The notes under the pieces are model-generated. The model was not told where the DNA came from, made no database searches, and was given only the letters and a program-made list of their open reading frames with translations. The position numbers were made by a program, and so were the translations under genes. This document shows, one piece after another, positions 24,482-38,117 of a stretch of DNA of 64,000 nt. The DNA is from Spongospora subterranea f. sp. subterranea (lineage: Eukaryota), in contig JAUGWO010000007.1 of assembly GCA_049724395.1 (NCBI GenBank), forward strand, positions 62,001 to 126,000. The letters are read 5' to 3'. Every line of letters begins with the position of its first letter. The first letter of the stretch is position 1.

Positions 24482-27400
24482 ATGGAAGGCGCCCTCCAAC
24501 CAGGTTTGGGGGCAGGCGAAAATGACGCGGAATGGGAACGCCTACGGGATGATTTGAGGCTAACCATCTGGAAATCGTATTGGTTCAATCTATTCAACGA
24601 GCCCGAGTTCAATAGATCGGTCAGCAGCCCGATAGACCGTATGAGACAAGCTATAGCCAGTTCTCAAGCAAGCAGCAGCTGGGGTAGTGCTTCGTCGTCC
24701 GAAGGTTACAAATTCTGGTATCAGTCTGGAATAGATTATTCACAGCAACAAACTGAAGTAGGCTTCGATATGCTTTCGCCGGATGTTATTCGGGATCAGT
24801 CTTCGGTGTATCATTGGAAAAGCCATCAATTCCCCCCTTCTTCGTCGTGTCGTTTTCAAGGTTCGATAGCGGAGCGTCATCGCGAATGCATGATGCTGCT
24901 GGATAGTCTGGGAGACTATATATATAGAGAAGTTGTCGATAAAACCTATGATCCAATGATCTCTAAACTATTTCATGATGTCTCCAAACTGGAAGGTAAC
25001 ATCATATCACACGACGACACTCACCACGCTACGCTGAGACCTCACATGCCCACGACTGAGATCAGTCCAAATACCTTTATTTATCTGGTAGTAATGTTGC
25101 TTATGCATCGTTTAACTGTCTAACGTCGTTGTGCATGAGAGACAATGACAACCGGACTGCCTTGCCATAAATCATGTGCGCAATCAATGAGTTTGATTAC
25201 GTTCCAGGTGTTGATGTATACTGGAGTGGCCACGTTAACGCTGCGAACAGTAACCCATTAGATGATCAGTGTCCATTAGCGGCCCCTTCTACATCTCAAA
25301 CACATTTTGGGTTTCTCAAGGTGTGCCCGTTCCCGTTCACGGCCGAGCTTCAATTCGACGACGTTCCGGAATGCACAACGTTTTCGTTAGCAAGCAGCAT
25401 ATACGAAGACACTTTTGAGCTATTCATCGCTGATCTTCAACAGCTGGTTGACGATAATCGAAGTGAACAGGTTTTGCTAGACGTGGCTTTGACGGTATCT
25501 CATCAACTGATTCCGCGTGTGAGCAGATAGTAAATTTTCGACAGTCACGTCGTGCAATTAGGTGTCTATCCAATGCGCAGGCCTACATTGAAGTGGAAAT
25601 GGGTAAAATTTTGGGGAAAGGGATTTTACGTGGAAAGATAATGGTAAAATCTCAAGCCGATAACGAACCCGATTCCCTAATCAGTCCAGGATTTCAAGTC
25701 TACCTTATGGGAACCACCTTAGTTAGGACTAAAGGATTCACATGCTCATGTTTATATCCCACTGGGGATATTCTTATGGATCGAATTGTTAGCAGCAAGT
25801 CGACCCAACCACTAGACCTGAATTCTCCAGTGATTCATTCGATTGCAAATGCAATTCCCGACCATCGTCTATCGGCATTTTTATCAAAACTGTCGGAATA
25901 TCACCAACATCGAGAAAAGGATGCCACCAGGAAGAACCGCTGTCTCGACAATGCATTTTACGTAACAAACGGTATCCACAGTATTTACCTATTATTGACG
26001 GTAAAAATCATATAGGCTGAGGTTTTTACGAATTGTTCAGTCGATTTTGTCCAATTATGCCGCCTGTTGAAGGATAAATACACCAACATATGCGACCAAA
26101 TTTTCGCAGACAAGGTTGATGTAGAATTAATTGAAACTCGCATTGTGTAAGACCAGATTCATGGAGTCTCATTACTGGCAGAAGTGCTAAACGAACATTC
26201 TGGTTAGTACGACATTTCTTGACCGCTGCACCAAGCCTGAACTGTATTGGTTCCGATTTTGGATGGATTATTCGAAGCATCATTTAGATATGGTTCCGTC
26301 ATCTGTCTCGATCAACCCAAAGGATTTCTCTTCCATCTTGTATCAGCATTGGACCATCAAGAAATTGGAAGACTTGGTAAACTTAGGATTTCAGCAATAT
26401 GTATTATCGGTATCGCCGTTCCAAGAGTTTTGGGTGGAGCTGTCCAGTCTCCGATCCAGTATTTATTACAAAAGTCCTAATCATCTTAAGGAATCAATGT
26501 CAGCCGTCAGAATGGTAAGGGTTTGTCGCCGCAACAGGTAGAAATCTGTAGAATGCATCCCATCTAACATGCTTGAGTGATCTTATCAGGAAATCGTTAG
26601 GTGCGGTTACAGTCCCGATCAGGCGTCATCGATTTGCTCAATGCCCAAATCACTTTCAAAAAGTAGCTCATCCAATACTAGTATAAACGTGAATGCAGTG
26701 GATGTTGCTGCAAAGAAAACTGAGACAATTGGAGATGAAGACAACGATAGTGAAATTGATGTGGATTTACTAGATGATATTGCAACTGGAATTCAGTCAG
26801 GATATGGACTGAAAGACGACAGATTTATTGAAGAAAATACGATGAAAGGCAGCGAAGAGGAGGACGATGAGCAAGAGGATGAAGGGATTGCCGCATATAA
26901 CCGATCCAAGCGGCGTCCTTCAAATCCTATTCGCAGAGAAAATAATAGTGATGAAAGCGATGCTGATGAACAACATATGAAGTTCACGTTGGGCAAGGTG
27001 AAGTCTGCGGTTGATGTTGTAACCAGGATGAGATCTTCAACAATGAAAGATTCTTCTACTGATATTAATCCTAGTCAAAACCACCTACAAAATGAAGCGC
27101 TGACTACTGTTTTCGAAGAAGGGAAGGTCAAATCTGAATTTATTGACGAGGATGACGATAAACTGGATGTCAGTATCGATTCACAAGACAGTACGAGTTC
27201 AGATTCATTATACGAGAATGAAATAGAGGACATTATCACTCCAGCGCAAATAAACATTCCTTACAAAAACTCAGAAGGTAATTCACAAGGTTTGTGACAT
27301 ATAGAACCAAGTCGCGATGAACGATAACATTTTCATAGGACTGCTTCGAGTACCATACCGAAGAATATCCACCAAGAGTATGACGATATCTGGATCACCT

Positions 27401-27505
27401 ATTGCTCGCGTCCATCACTTGGAACTGAGAAGGCAACAAAGACGATCATTTTTGGACCGGGTTTGGGGATCGCTACCAGAATGCGGCCCTGGACGCAGGA
27501 AATGA
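24482..27505 (+). CDS. Uncharacterised multi-exon protein with acidic C-terminal region
   Basis: Consecutive + strand ORFs (24482-25123, 25174-25530, 25593-26015, 26263-26541, 26641-27297) separated by GT-AG intron-sized gaps. No family recognised. Confidence 0.55.
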
Positions 27506-27597
27506 AGCCAGGGATACCCATTGCGACGCCATTGGCAGAAAAAAATCATTGCAACCTAAAATTCATTTTTTCGTAATATCGGGATGTGTAGTTGTCA

Positions 27598-29445
27598 TTA
27601 ATTCAACGTGCCGCGTTTTGCATTAGCCCTTGCTTTTCTATCATGGTTGCCGAACCTCCCTTTATTTCGCTCTTTATATGACCGATCACGGATCTGTTTG
27701 GATGGGTTCGACGCGGCCTCATCTACCGAGCTTGTGTTTTGTTTGCTTGAACGCTGTTCGACGTTGAGTCGTTTCCCAGTTACTGAAGTGTCTTCGTCAG
27801 ACTCAACATTTCCAATATCAAAACGCTCGTATTGCTGAAATGTATCATCTTCGTCATCTTCATAATTGCATTCAGTATCTGTAATCATTCGTTGACGTAA
27901 CGAAGCCGATAGTTCCAACCCAGGGACAAGCACATCGTCTTCCTGTTTGATTCGATCTTCCTCTCGAGATCGAGCGATGTCGATGGTGATACGACCAGAA
28001 TTCTTGAGGTATTCTTCGAAGTCTTCCTTGTTCACATGTTGTGACTGGACTTTGGGCACCGGTCGAATCTCTTCACCGCCATTTCTGTCTCGCCATGTTT
28101 TTGTATTCTTGACTTTCAATAAGTGTTTCGGAAGTTTCCCATCGAATATTGCTTCAACAGTGCTTTCAAACGAGAAGTTGAAGGCCGCTAGGCATGCCCT
28201 AGCATAATCTAAGCTATAATCTGCAAACATTTCCTGCAGCTGTGAGGCGACTTCATTTTTTTCTTCTTTAACATCCTCTTCGATCTTCTTCACTGTGTTT
28301 AGAATTGCTGTAGAGCGGGCGGAACGTCCAGAACCATGAGAGGATTCGACGATGCCCTGCAAATATCTGAGTCTTGACTCATCCAGTTCACATCCACATT
28401 CATGTGGCTTTTCTCGGAAAACAGTAAGCTCAGCGACGATATCAAAATCAAGATGCGTCAGCAGCAAACCATGACCAATCAAAGGCATAAGATCGGCAGG
28501 GATAGCAACAGAATCAGATGCGAAAGCGATAGATGGAATCAGAACGGCTAACCGTTCCGAGCTATTTTCGCTGGAATCTGAACAAGACCGCATTGGAAGA
28601 ATGCATCCATCATAAATGATCTTAGACGATAAAGCAATAATTTCGCCACGTAACAAGCACACATCGTCACCAGGCGCAGCGGGAAAGCGGTATTTGACTA
28701 CCGGCAGAGCAACATCGAAACAGGTTGAGAGTTTAGTGAGTACATCGCTATCACGAAGAAATTCTGTAAACTCTGGGCAGCATAAAGAGAGAGACCGCAA
28801 TGACCTAATTAGAGAAATCAATGAAGAAGTTGGATCAACAGAGGATTTAGCAAGCAAAGAGCTGATCGTCGAGTCGAAGATTTCACAGGCCAGTTCTAGT
28901 GCTGCAGCAATGTCTGATTTTGAATAAGAACTAATCGCGGCTATAGCAATAAGAGATACATCATCATAAGCTGATTCTGAATACAACTCGCATATATCGA
29001 GTAGCGAGCTAAGTAACGGATGATGCCCAGAACATGACTGATGCCGAATTGCTTGTAGTATCAGATATCCTAAATCACATTGACTCCATAAATTGTAGCA
29101 CAACCGCAACATCTCTAACCTATTTCCAACAACAGACTGAGTATATATTTATGGAGAGGATGGCTTCCAGACAGCGAGGATATCGGATATCTTGGAAACA
29201 CTTTTAACAGGTTATCACAATGAGCTAGAACTCTGCCTGAAACCGCCTTGGGATCCCAGCAATATTGTTCCAGTTCAAACCGTACACGAGAAAGGTAGGC
29301 AAACGACGAGACGTAATCATCTTCGGTAAAGCTCCCAGATTCAAGGAGAGAGATGACACCCTCAAATGTCCGGACTCCCGTCCCCATCGAGGCGATTACA
29401 CCGAGCCAAATTTACTGGCTCAGGCGGCGGAAACAATAGCCGCCT
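27598..29445 (-). CDS. ASCC2: ASCC2/Cue3-like CUE-domain protein; start not resolved
   Basis: CUE-like QLQEMFADYSLDYARACLAAFNFSFESTVEAIFDGKLP, YEDDEDDTF motif and C-terminal NKGRFGNHDRKARA.KRG typical of ASCC2. Confidence 0.8.
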
Positions 29446-29733
29446 GAAAACAAATCGCGAATGGGACAGCAGATGATGAAAATGATATTGAATTAATCAG
29501 TATGGATATAGGTAACGGGATTTAGCTGCACTGCACATTGGGACCGCACGGAAAATGCGTAACAAATGTCGAAACCAAAACAGTCACTTGTTTGTTGCTG
29601 TTCTGCGTTGCTACGTAGATAACCTAAAAGGGAGAAACAACAACAGTGGTTCACGCAATAAATCGGGATCTGTATTTCAAAAGCAGCACTGCCTGGGTAT
29701 AAATAAATGGATATTGACGATGATGCAGTTTTC

Positions 29734-30562
29734 TCAATCGATATTGTCCATGTCTGCGGGTAATCCAAACTGCTGCAATAAGGATGCTTGATCTAATCCG
29801 GAATTTTTTGATGAGATGTAGGACACGACTGAAAATACATTATCTGAGAAGCCCACACTGTAAGTTACAAGTTAAAAACGTTCAGAACACTGAGAGACAA
29901 ACCTGTCCAGCGATTGACTGCACCATGAGCCTCGGATATCATGTCCTCTGTAATGGACTAAATGACCATTTGTGGCGATGATTAACGCCACTTACCAAGC
30001 TCTTTAAGCTTGGCGGGATTTCGATCATCGTATGCCACTAAACGGGCATCAATAGACGCATTCTCTGCAAGTAGGTTCGCATGGCTGATTTCCAGCTCAG
30101 CTCGTTCATCCTTTGAACGAATTGAGTGTTGAAAGGGTTAATGAGTAACTAATGTACCGAGTCCATCCTATCCGAAAGCAGCTGACGGGCCTCGGCGTTC
30201 AATTTTTCGGTTTCCTCACCAAATTGGTCAATGTCGTGCTTTAGAGACTGAATTTTGTTTTGTTTCAAACTCAGCGCTTTTGAGGGAAGGGCCCAGAAAA
30301 AATTGCCGGCCCCAATCTTGTCTGAATCGACAAGACCATCATCCACCAAGCTCTGCAATATATCTTTTACAGTTTGGGAAACTATGGAGTATGTGAGCTA
30401 CAAAACACGATGTACGAGAGACAATCACCAACCAATCCCTTTAACTTTGGGCAGGTGTTTTTCAAGCTCCTTCAGAGTCATTACCTCTTTTTTTTCATAG
30501 AAAAATTCACACATGCGCTTTCGCTTTTCTTCATGAGAAAGCCCTCTCTTCTTCCCGCTCAT
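29734..30562 (-). CDS. MND1: Meiotic nuclear division protein 1
   Basis: [76 protein letters not shown]. Confidence 0.95.
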
Positions 30563-31196
30563 GAATGAATGGCCTTATTCGACGCGGAAAAGAACAGTTA
30601 ATGAAATTGGCTGCACATGAGTCGACACGGGTTCCGCAGATAGGATGGGTATTCCTGACGGGTCCAGCGATGGGCGGCGGGCGCTCCTGCCCCTGGCGCA
30701 TGGACTTGTATACTGCATGATCTACACTGACAGGCGACCGGACCTTGATAGGTGGCCGCGCTACACAAACAAGGAATAAAGCACTTGATGCACCCTGTAT
30801 TGTGAACAGGACGATAAAAATTGTTTTGGAGTAACAGAGCGAATTGATCGCACAATTACGTTGATGCTTGAATCGGGGAGATGTTGTGTTCAATGACATT
30901 CGGGAAAGATTTGCAAGAATATTCACAGAGCATTTATAGAGGAAAACAAACACTTGTGAATTATTTTACGTTGGTTGGTCTCAAATAAGCAATGCTACAT
31001 ATTTGGTGAATTGGTATTCATACCTGCATGAAGCACTGAGTTTCCAAATCAACAATATCAGCCGATTGAACACGTACATCAGGTCAAAAAAGCAACACCT
31101 GTTTGTTTCTGCCAAATTCGGAAATTGGTCCGTGGGTCAACCACCTTCGCCCATCAACTGTTTTACAGTCGTCCCAACCTCAAAGTTATCATTTCC

Positions 31197-32150
31197 ATGC
31201 ATTATTCATGGCCAGTTTGTTCCAGTATATTTCCTTCTCCTCGTATTTCGCGTTTTCAATCAAATGAATCGCTGCTGGATGCCATCATGTCCCAGCTGAC
31301 CATACTCATTGTGGGATCGGCTTCGAAACTTTTCATGCTGTCATTAAACACAACGAAGGTTTCTCCGAATTCGTTTTTGCGCATAAAAACTGACTCCCTT
31401 TTGCTGTAAGATCATCGCCTCAAACCATATTGTGGACGAAATTGTTAATCGTCCGAGACATGTCGGTTTGATTACAGTATCCAATCATGTCTCAGCTGTT
31501 GACGACCCACTAACATTGGCTGCGTTGCTTCCACCATCCGTTTTGTTCAATAATCGCCGTGTTCGATGGGGTATGTGTGCTGCTGATCGCTGCTTTCACA
31601 ATCCGTTGCTTGCGAAATTCGTCACCTATGCCAAAGTCAGTTATTTGTGAACCAGCACTACAATTGCGAATGAACAGTTGATCTGCGAATTCGATAGGTC
31701 ATGCCAATCGAGCGAGGCCAAGGAATTTTTCAACAGGGAATGGAACTGGTGAAATCGCCGCTCGGTTACTTTGCTTTCATTTGACCCGTGCGTTAGGCAT
31801 TGGGCAAAATCAATGACGGTGAATGGATTCATCTGTTCCCAGAAGGAACCCGTTCAGCCGAAAACGACCTTTTACCTTTGAGACCAGGAGTTGGCCGGTT
31901 AATTTGCGATGCGAAAAACACTCCAGTGGTGATACCTTATTATCATCGAGGTATGGAAAGCGTGCTGCCCAGAGGGAATCGTTTTCTTAAAACAGGAAAA
32001 CACGTTGACATCATTGTTGGCGAACCGATTGAGTTCCAGGATCTATTCGAAATATTCAAAGACAGACCGCGATCTGAACTATACATCGCCGTAACCTCGC
32101 GAATCTCAGAGCGATTAAACAGACTTCGTCAGAAAATACAAAAAATATGA
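31197..32150 (+). CDS. TAZ: Tafazzin (cardiolipin transacylase); start approximate
   Basis: LITVSNHVSAVDDP, RWGMCAADRCF, PIERGQGIFQ, WIHLFPEGTR, GVGRLI, PVVIPYYHRGM. Confidence 0.93.
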
Positions 32151-32239
32151 TATGCCGTCTAAAGTCAGGGACGATCTACACACGAGTACTATATTCCCAG
32201 AAATACAATAGTAATTGACGATCACCAGAGTGGGGGACA

Positions 32240-33509
32240 ATGTCGATTCGATTGAATCCTATCAGTGCTGCACGAGGTGCTAAGTTCCCATGCGAGATAT
32301 GCGCTGCGCCCTCTACGCTAGCGTGTGCACATTGCCGAGTTACGTTCTACTGCTCGAAGCAGCACCAATCAGTGGACTGGTCGGGCATACATGAAAAGAT
32401 CTGCACGATGATGGGCTCGTTGAGGAATCCGCCCGAAACACTGAACAGCGAAGAAGAACGAAAGCGAAGAAAGCTGGTCACTGATACGAATCATCATGCG
32501 CTCATTGAGCTGAGTGTAAACGAATCGTCCAAGTTTTTGGTTCAAGGGCAATTTGAGCTGGCGATACCGGCAGCGTTGCTGTCGTTGAAACTGGGCATAA
32601 CTGCGTTCGGGAAAGGACAAGTTGAACTCGTCCCTTCGTATATGTTGCTGGCAGAAGCAAATATGGGTCTTCGACGGTTTGCTCAAGCAGAAGAATTTCT
32701 TCTTTTAGCCAAGTGGGGGGCGCGTTCAAGAATCCGGAAAAAAGCGAACAATTGAGGTGAAACTGATACGGAAAATCACAATGGTTTATAATTAAAGCTG
32801 AAGAGTAGGTCTCCTTTATGTCGCCTATTTGGGAAAGTATATTTAGCTCAAGGGAGAATATCCGAGGCGTTAAATCAGCTAGCACAGGACATATATTATT
32901 CATCAGTAGAACATGGCCCAGAGCATTATAATGTCACCGGGGGCTATTTTCATATGGGTGTCAGTAATATGTCGGAATCACAGCCGGCTATTTCCGGGAC
33001 TTAAAACTGTGTTCATAGCTGGCATTTCTGAAGCAAGATCAAGTGGAGAACTGCCTTGCCTTCTTTGACAAGGTTGTCGATATCTGGTTCAAATTCCTGA
33101 CCAATCTTAGACAGCAGGTATTGTTTCAACTGGATACGAGTTTCAACTTTCAACACACATGTGAATTCAGCCGGAAGGACAGTCTATCAGTAAGATAATG
33201 AACGACACAAGTCTGGGCGAGGCTGCCGATATCCTTAGATCGACCATCGACACTCGAGTAGAGTTCCTGGGCAATGGCCATATCGCCACAGGTGAAGCCT
33301 CATATGTATTAGGGATGCTGTGCCATCTTACAGGTCATTACGACAAAGCTCAGCAGCTATATGCATCAGCGGTTCGAATATATGAGGTGCACGTCGGTCA
33401 GGATCACGATCTGACCAAAGATATCCAGGCGGCACTCTCCGAGATCGAAGGCCATGTCGCCGCAGTTCAATCCATTACTCGTCCGGATACTATCTCTATA
33501 CCAACATAG
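32240..33509 (+). CDS. ZMYND12: Zinc finger MYND domain-containing protein 12 (axonemal, MYND + TPR-like)
   Basis: CEICAAPSTLACAHCRVTFYCSKQHQSVDWSGIHEKIC, AIPAAL, ELVPSYMLLAEA, followed by TPR-like exons. Confidence 0.88.
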
Positions 33510-33925
33510 TTTATCGCCAAGCTGACACAATCCAGAATAATGGATTACAACTGTAGACGACACAGACTTTTAACCGTACAAGTTAATAAACAATCAAACC
33601 AGCTTCGCCATCTGATGTTTTAGATGATTCAAAAAGAAACGGCTGGTGTGGATGCGACAGCGACAGTATGTGAAAGACGGACAGAATTGGGCGAACATTG
33701 CTGCCACATTCCGGGCACGTTATTTCCCTTGCGGCCAAGACACCAATCATTCCTACCTGGCGGACGGACCATGTCTTGCGCTATGGGCGAGGTCCGCTGG
33801 GGAGGTCGAGTCAGTGCGGGGTGTACACAAGAGGTTCACACGCTCTGTCAATCAGAGGGATAAGATAGCGACACACAATAGCGAATAGCCGTTTAATCAG
33901 TTCGCTGGCTCCAAAAACGAAGGCT

Positions 33926-36900
33926 ATGGACACCGAACGTCAACTCGGTAATAGCCGGCGGTCTGCACATGGACCGAGAATGGTGTGGCAACCTCGGAAA
34001 ACAGCTCTTCCGCAGTCGAGTCCGGCAAATTCCATCGACAACGGTGTGATCGAAACAACGGCCGGAAGCCAAAGACCCGCACAGGATAATAATGATGCAG
34101 AAATTATCAGGGGCTCTGCTGAGGTGTCAAACAATCCTTCCGGTACGCCTGAGCAAACACCCGACCGAATGGATATTTCTGCAGAAGCTGTGACAGTTAC
34201 ACAAAGAATAGAGGAAGGGAAGATTGAGGCCAAAGTGCGGGTCGACGAATGGAGACGGCATCGGTTGGAAATTTTTGAAACTCGAAAACTCAATTTAAAA
34301 GCGTCGAAAGCCCCCTCTGTCTTGCTATCGAAATCGTTGGATTCAAGTATCAAGAAGACTTCTGCGTTTTTGAGAAAGCTGCGGTCATTCAGCCTTGGGG
34401 GAGATGCACAAGTCAAATCGCTAATTTCCGAACTTGATCGACTTAATCTCAGCCGATATGGCAGCGAGATGGTGAGCGCCATTGTCGACAGCCGCCTGGT
34501 GCGATCTGCAGACGTTGCAGCAGCTATTCAGATATCTAGCGCCATTCACAAACTGTATCCCCAGTTTGCTAGCGATCTCGAAACGGGTTTGACCCACATA
34601 TTTGACAATGTTCCGCAATCTGCCAAGAAATCCGAAATCGAAAAAGAGTATGCTAGCAAGTGGAGGACCACACTCAAGCTGTTAACTGATTTGGTATATC
34701 TTTCGCTGTGTCTACCTTTTTGTTAGACTGACGAAGTCGTATTCCCTATTTAGTTCAGATATGGTGTTTTCCAAACACCCAAGTCTGTATCATCAGCGAT
34801 CAAGCAGTTAATCGACGGTGATCTAGGTCACGATCCTAGCTGCACTATTCTGTCAATTCTTGTTGGGTTCTGCCGTTATGCAGGCTTTGATTTTCTTGGA
34901 CTCTTGCCTTCAAAAGTTGAGGCCGATTTTGCATTAGTCGGGGAATCCGCTGAATTGTTGCCCAACGAAGCGTCTGATCCGATAATTGAACCCGATATCC
35001 AAGATAAGTGTAGAGCGCTGTTCAATCGATATTTCGATAATTTAGTGGTTCGCTTTTCTGCTGTTGAACGAGACATTGCTAATCAGAGAAAGGATAATCG
35101 GAGACAAGATTTTTATAAAGGAGCCGTTGAAGAAGTCAGTATTGCCAATTTAAACTTATTGACAGAGCGGTACGACTCGTTAAAGCTTCACCTGGGGCAA
35201 TTTGCGGATCTCCTTCATCGGGAACTCATCGAGACGTCAATGGATGAAGAAGAAGAATTTATCAAGTCTTCCTTTGAAGACGGGGCCATAGAAAACACTA
35301 ACGCGAACTCTTTTTTCGATGATGACGAGACACATGTTTTTTACACAGCACTACCTAATCTTAGTTTGATGATTCCCGCCGTTCTTTTGGGGGACTCAAA
35401 GGCGGATAATGCTCAACCTGAGCCTGTCGTTATTGATGACCGGGATTTCGCAGATGACGCTGATTTGGCTGATACGACCACCACTGCTCCCAAAGTGCTT
35501 TCTCCATTCGATTTGTTTCTTCAACGATTACCTGACGCCATGAACCGCACACAAATTGATGAATTAGCTGAGAGTTTTTGTTATTTAAACAACCGAGGGA
35601 CAAGGAAAAGGTTGATAGAGGCGATATATCGTGTCAATCGGTCGCGGATTGACCTGCTTCCATATCTTTCTCGTTTGGTTGCGGTGTTAACTCCCTGTTT
35701 TCCGGATATAGGTTCTGAGGTTAAAACGCGTCGATATTTTTGTGCTTTCAAATTAAGGTTTTTTTAGGTTGTTCGCTTGTTGAAAAATCAGTTTTACGGG
35801 TTAATGCGTCATAAATCTCAACACAATATTGAATTGAAAGTCAGGAACGTTCGTTTTATTGGAGAGCTTGTGAAGGTAAGTGTCGCGGTTTATGGTGAAC
35901 TTTGGGTTCTTCGTTCAACATGATCTTCAGTTTGGTGTCGCGCATCATTCTCTCGCATTTAATGCATGGAATTTTTGCTTGAACGAGTTTACCGGGCAGC
36001 GCATTCCTGTTGCATGTGCATTGTTGGAAGTTTGTGGACGCTGGTTGTTCAAAAATCCCGAAACCAACGAACGATGCCTCCAATTTCTTGACCGTATGAT
36101 GAAGTTAAAGACCTCAAAGTACATCGAAGAACATTTCAACAATTTGATTGAAAACGCATACTATCAGTGCAATCCACCAGCAATTCGAATCCGGCCCAGA
36201 AAGCTTCGCCAACCGATTCAATCATATATTCGCCGTCTGATATATGCGGAGTTAAACGAGTCGACTGTGGACCAGGTCTTGTCGCTGTTGAGGAAACTGC
36301 CTTGGAACGACGAATCTGTCGCTAAATACGTCAAGGTCACCTTGTTTCGTGCTGACCGTGTTCAGACGCAAAACATCAAATATCTTGCCAGCATTGTTTC
36401 AGGATTAGACAAGTATTATTCCGTTGCTATTGAGATTGCTGACTGCGTTTTGGAAGAAATTCGGGCGGGGCTAGAGCGGAACTACTTCATTGAATCACAG
36501 AGACGTTTAGCCTTCGTGCGATTTTTAGCCGAGCTCTATAATTATATGGTCGTGAATGCCCAAACCATATTTGACACACTCTATATGATTATTACTCTTG
36601 GGCACGAAATTGGCCGAATTGGTCAACTGATCAGCCATATGGATCCTCCGACCGACACATTTCGAGTTAGAGTCATCTGCGTCCTCCTGGATGGTTGTGG
36701 TTCCTATTTCTCAAGTGGGTCAAAGAAAAAGCGTTTAGAACGATTCTTTATATTTCTCCAGCGGTATTTGATTTTGAAAACAGGTAATCGTCATTTGTTT
36801 TGGGATGTCATTTGATGTTTATTCCGAAATGCAGTGGTACCCGCTGATGTTGACTTCATGGTTGCTGATCTGTTTGATTCCTTGACGCCTCGATTACCGA

Positions 36901-37857
36901 AATATAAAACACTTGTTGACGTGGACCAGGCTATTGCGCGGCTTGACAAGGGCAATGTTGATCGTCTAATTCAACTACAAGGGTCGCAGACCACTCCTTT
37001 GAAGGCTGGAACGTCTTCTCAAGTGGAGCCAGAATCTGATGCTGCTGCAAGCGAGGATGATGGTGATTCTTCACTTCAAGAAGACATGTCAGACCAAAGT
37101 GGTGACGTAGTTGATGAGGGGGGAGGGGGAGGATGAAAGTCACGATTTTGATCGTTGGGATCGTCATAAAGGTGCTGCTCAGCGGTCAGATGACAATATC
37201 AAGTAGGGATTAACTCTGTGTCTGCATTTTATCTGATAATACCATAGGGCTTTTGACCTAGAATTCGAGCGCATGGTGCTTGAATCTGTTGAGCAACGCA
37301 AGTTTGAGAAACGAACAGTGCAAAACTTAACAGATGCATCTGTTTTCGATAAGATTGCTAAGCCCTCCACACGTGACGATGGGAGCTCCGTAATGTTTCA
37401 TGTGCTGACTAAAAGAGCTAACAAGACTCAAGCTAAAGTCCTGGCGATTCCAAGCGAAGTAAACAAATGATCAACACCGTTGCTAGTTCCGATGGTTATG
37501 CTTTGTTTTTTCAGGTCGGCTTAGCTGCTAAAACTTTGGTTGAGAAGCAAATGGCGATTGAAGAGCAAAAAGCCATACGCCGTCTTGTAATTGCAGGAAT
37601 GCAGCGGGAACATGCAGAGGTATTAATGATCGAATACCTTTTCTAGGGAAATGAGTTTCTTTGTTCAGGAGCAAAAAAATGGAACCCTTGAATTTGACCG
37701 ACAGCTCGAAGTTGATCTCAGCTATCGCAATTTCGATCCGAAATCTATTTCATTGTCTAATTCAAGCCGTCAAAGATATGGGAGAGGAAGTAATTCACGG
37801 CGGGGAACCCCAGGACGTGGTGGATCCATTCAATCCGATAGCGTGGGAAGCCGTTAG
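33926..37857 (+). CDS. UPF2: Nonsense-mediated decay factor UPF2 (three MIF4G domains)
   Basis: LDSSIKKTSAFLRKL, LNLSRYGSE, FFDDDETHVFYTALPNL, IDLLPYLSRLVA, NVRFIGELVK, IENAYYQCNPP, FLAELYNY, DPPTDTFRVRVICVLLDGCG, acidic tail. Confidence 0.95.
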
Positions 37858-38117
37858 ATGCAGAGCCTTCTGATCTTCGACGGCCTGCCGCTGGGCGAAC
37901 GCTGGGCAAATATGCTGGGGTGAAGCTATTGCAGTGAAATTGCTTCATCCTGTTCTATCCAGGTGATTACTGGATATGCCCATAAACTTGCGCATGTATT
38001 CTTTTTCATGCGGTAGTCTCAAAACGTTTTGTAATTGTTTCTCTCACTTGGGGTAGCTCTCGTAGGTTTTAGCACACAACCGTTAATCGCTAGGCGTGAT
38101 TTAATTTACACTGACTA

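Noticed and set aside
30600..30780. Possible structured ncRNA between MND1 and tafazzin
   Set aside because: GC-rich, but I found no recognisable snRNA, snoRNA or SRP motif or convincing stems. More likely divergent promoter sequence.
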